From Candidatus Woesearchaeota archaeon (GTDB lineage Archaea; Nanobdellota; Nanobdellia; SCGC-AAA011-G17; DATDVL01), in contig CAYIRJ010000001.1 of the NCBI GenBank assembly GCA_964365915.1, positions 1-56,096 of the forward strand: DNA of 56,096 nucleotides, given 5' to 3'. Of this stretch, positions 55,941 to 56,096 are shown piece after piece; position 1 is the first letter of the stretch; the number at the start of each line of letters is the position of its first letter. The notes beneath the pieces were generated by a model. The model searched no databases. It was given only the letters and a program-made list of their open reading frames with translations, and was not told the origin of the DNA. Made by a program: the position numbers and the translations under genes.

Positions 55941-56096
55941 ATGGAAAAGAAAACAATTGATGCACTTCAGTGGATTATTGGGATATTAAAAAAGAATAAT
56001 GCAACATATCAAATTAGCGGGGGATTTGCTGCTAGATTATACAATTCTCCTCGTCTACTGAATGATATCGACATTGAGATTCCCGATAGGTTTATT
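55941..56096 (+). CDS. Nucleotidyltransferase-domain protein, 3'-partial
   Basis: ISGGFAARLYNSPRLLNDIDIEIP (GG...R...D.D). The ORF runs off the window end. Confidence 0.5.
   Translation, partial: MEKKTIDALQWIIGILKKNNATYQISGGFAARLYNSPRLLNDIDIEIPDRFI

Noticed and set aside
1-56096. CRISPR arrays, rRNA genes, transposases and IS elements
   Set aside because: No regularly spaced direct repeats, rRNA-like sequence or transposase/integrase-like ORFs were seen while reading the window.

Overview
The window is archaeal. Evidence: aRF1 release factor, archaeal-type ValRS, diphthine-ammonia ligase, AglB with a WWDYG motif, TTTAAATA-type TATA boxes about 25-30 nt upstream of genes, and oligo-T terminators. 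All three stop codons terminate conserved genes, so the genetic code is standard. The style (many overlapping start/stop codons, glycan genes, small hypothetical genes) fits a small-genome DPANN-like lineage, but that is inference. The left end (about 570-5389) holds a complete diversity-generating retroelement (DGR): a DGR-type reverse transcriptase, a template repeat directly upstream of it, and two paralogous target genes. The 3' variable repeats of both targets differ from the template almost only at template adenines. A VWA/MIDAS gene lies between the two targets. Next come aRF1, valS and a tRNA-Phe(GAA) that folds canonically only if three non-canonical introns are removed. The remaining roughly 45 kb is mainly a surface-glycan and N-glycosylation island: AglB, an AglH-like GlcNAc-1-P transferase, several GT2 and GT4 enzymes, at least five GT-C-like membrane proteins, a Wzx-like flippase and a nucleotide-sugar tailoring set. 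Several accessory items are scattered through it: VapBC, an AbiEi/AbiEii-like pair, a RelE-like orphan, a bacterial-type sigma-70 (sigma-28-like) gene, and a B12/radical-SAM gene interrupted by a 153-aa mini-intein inside its cysteine motif. No CRISPR array or rRNA gene was seen.
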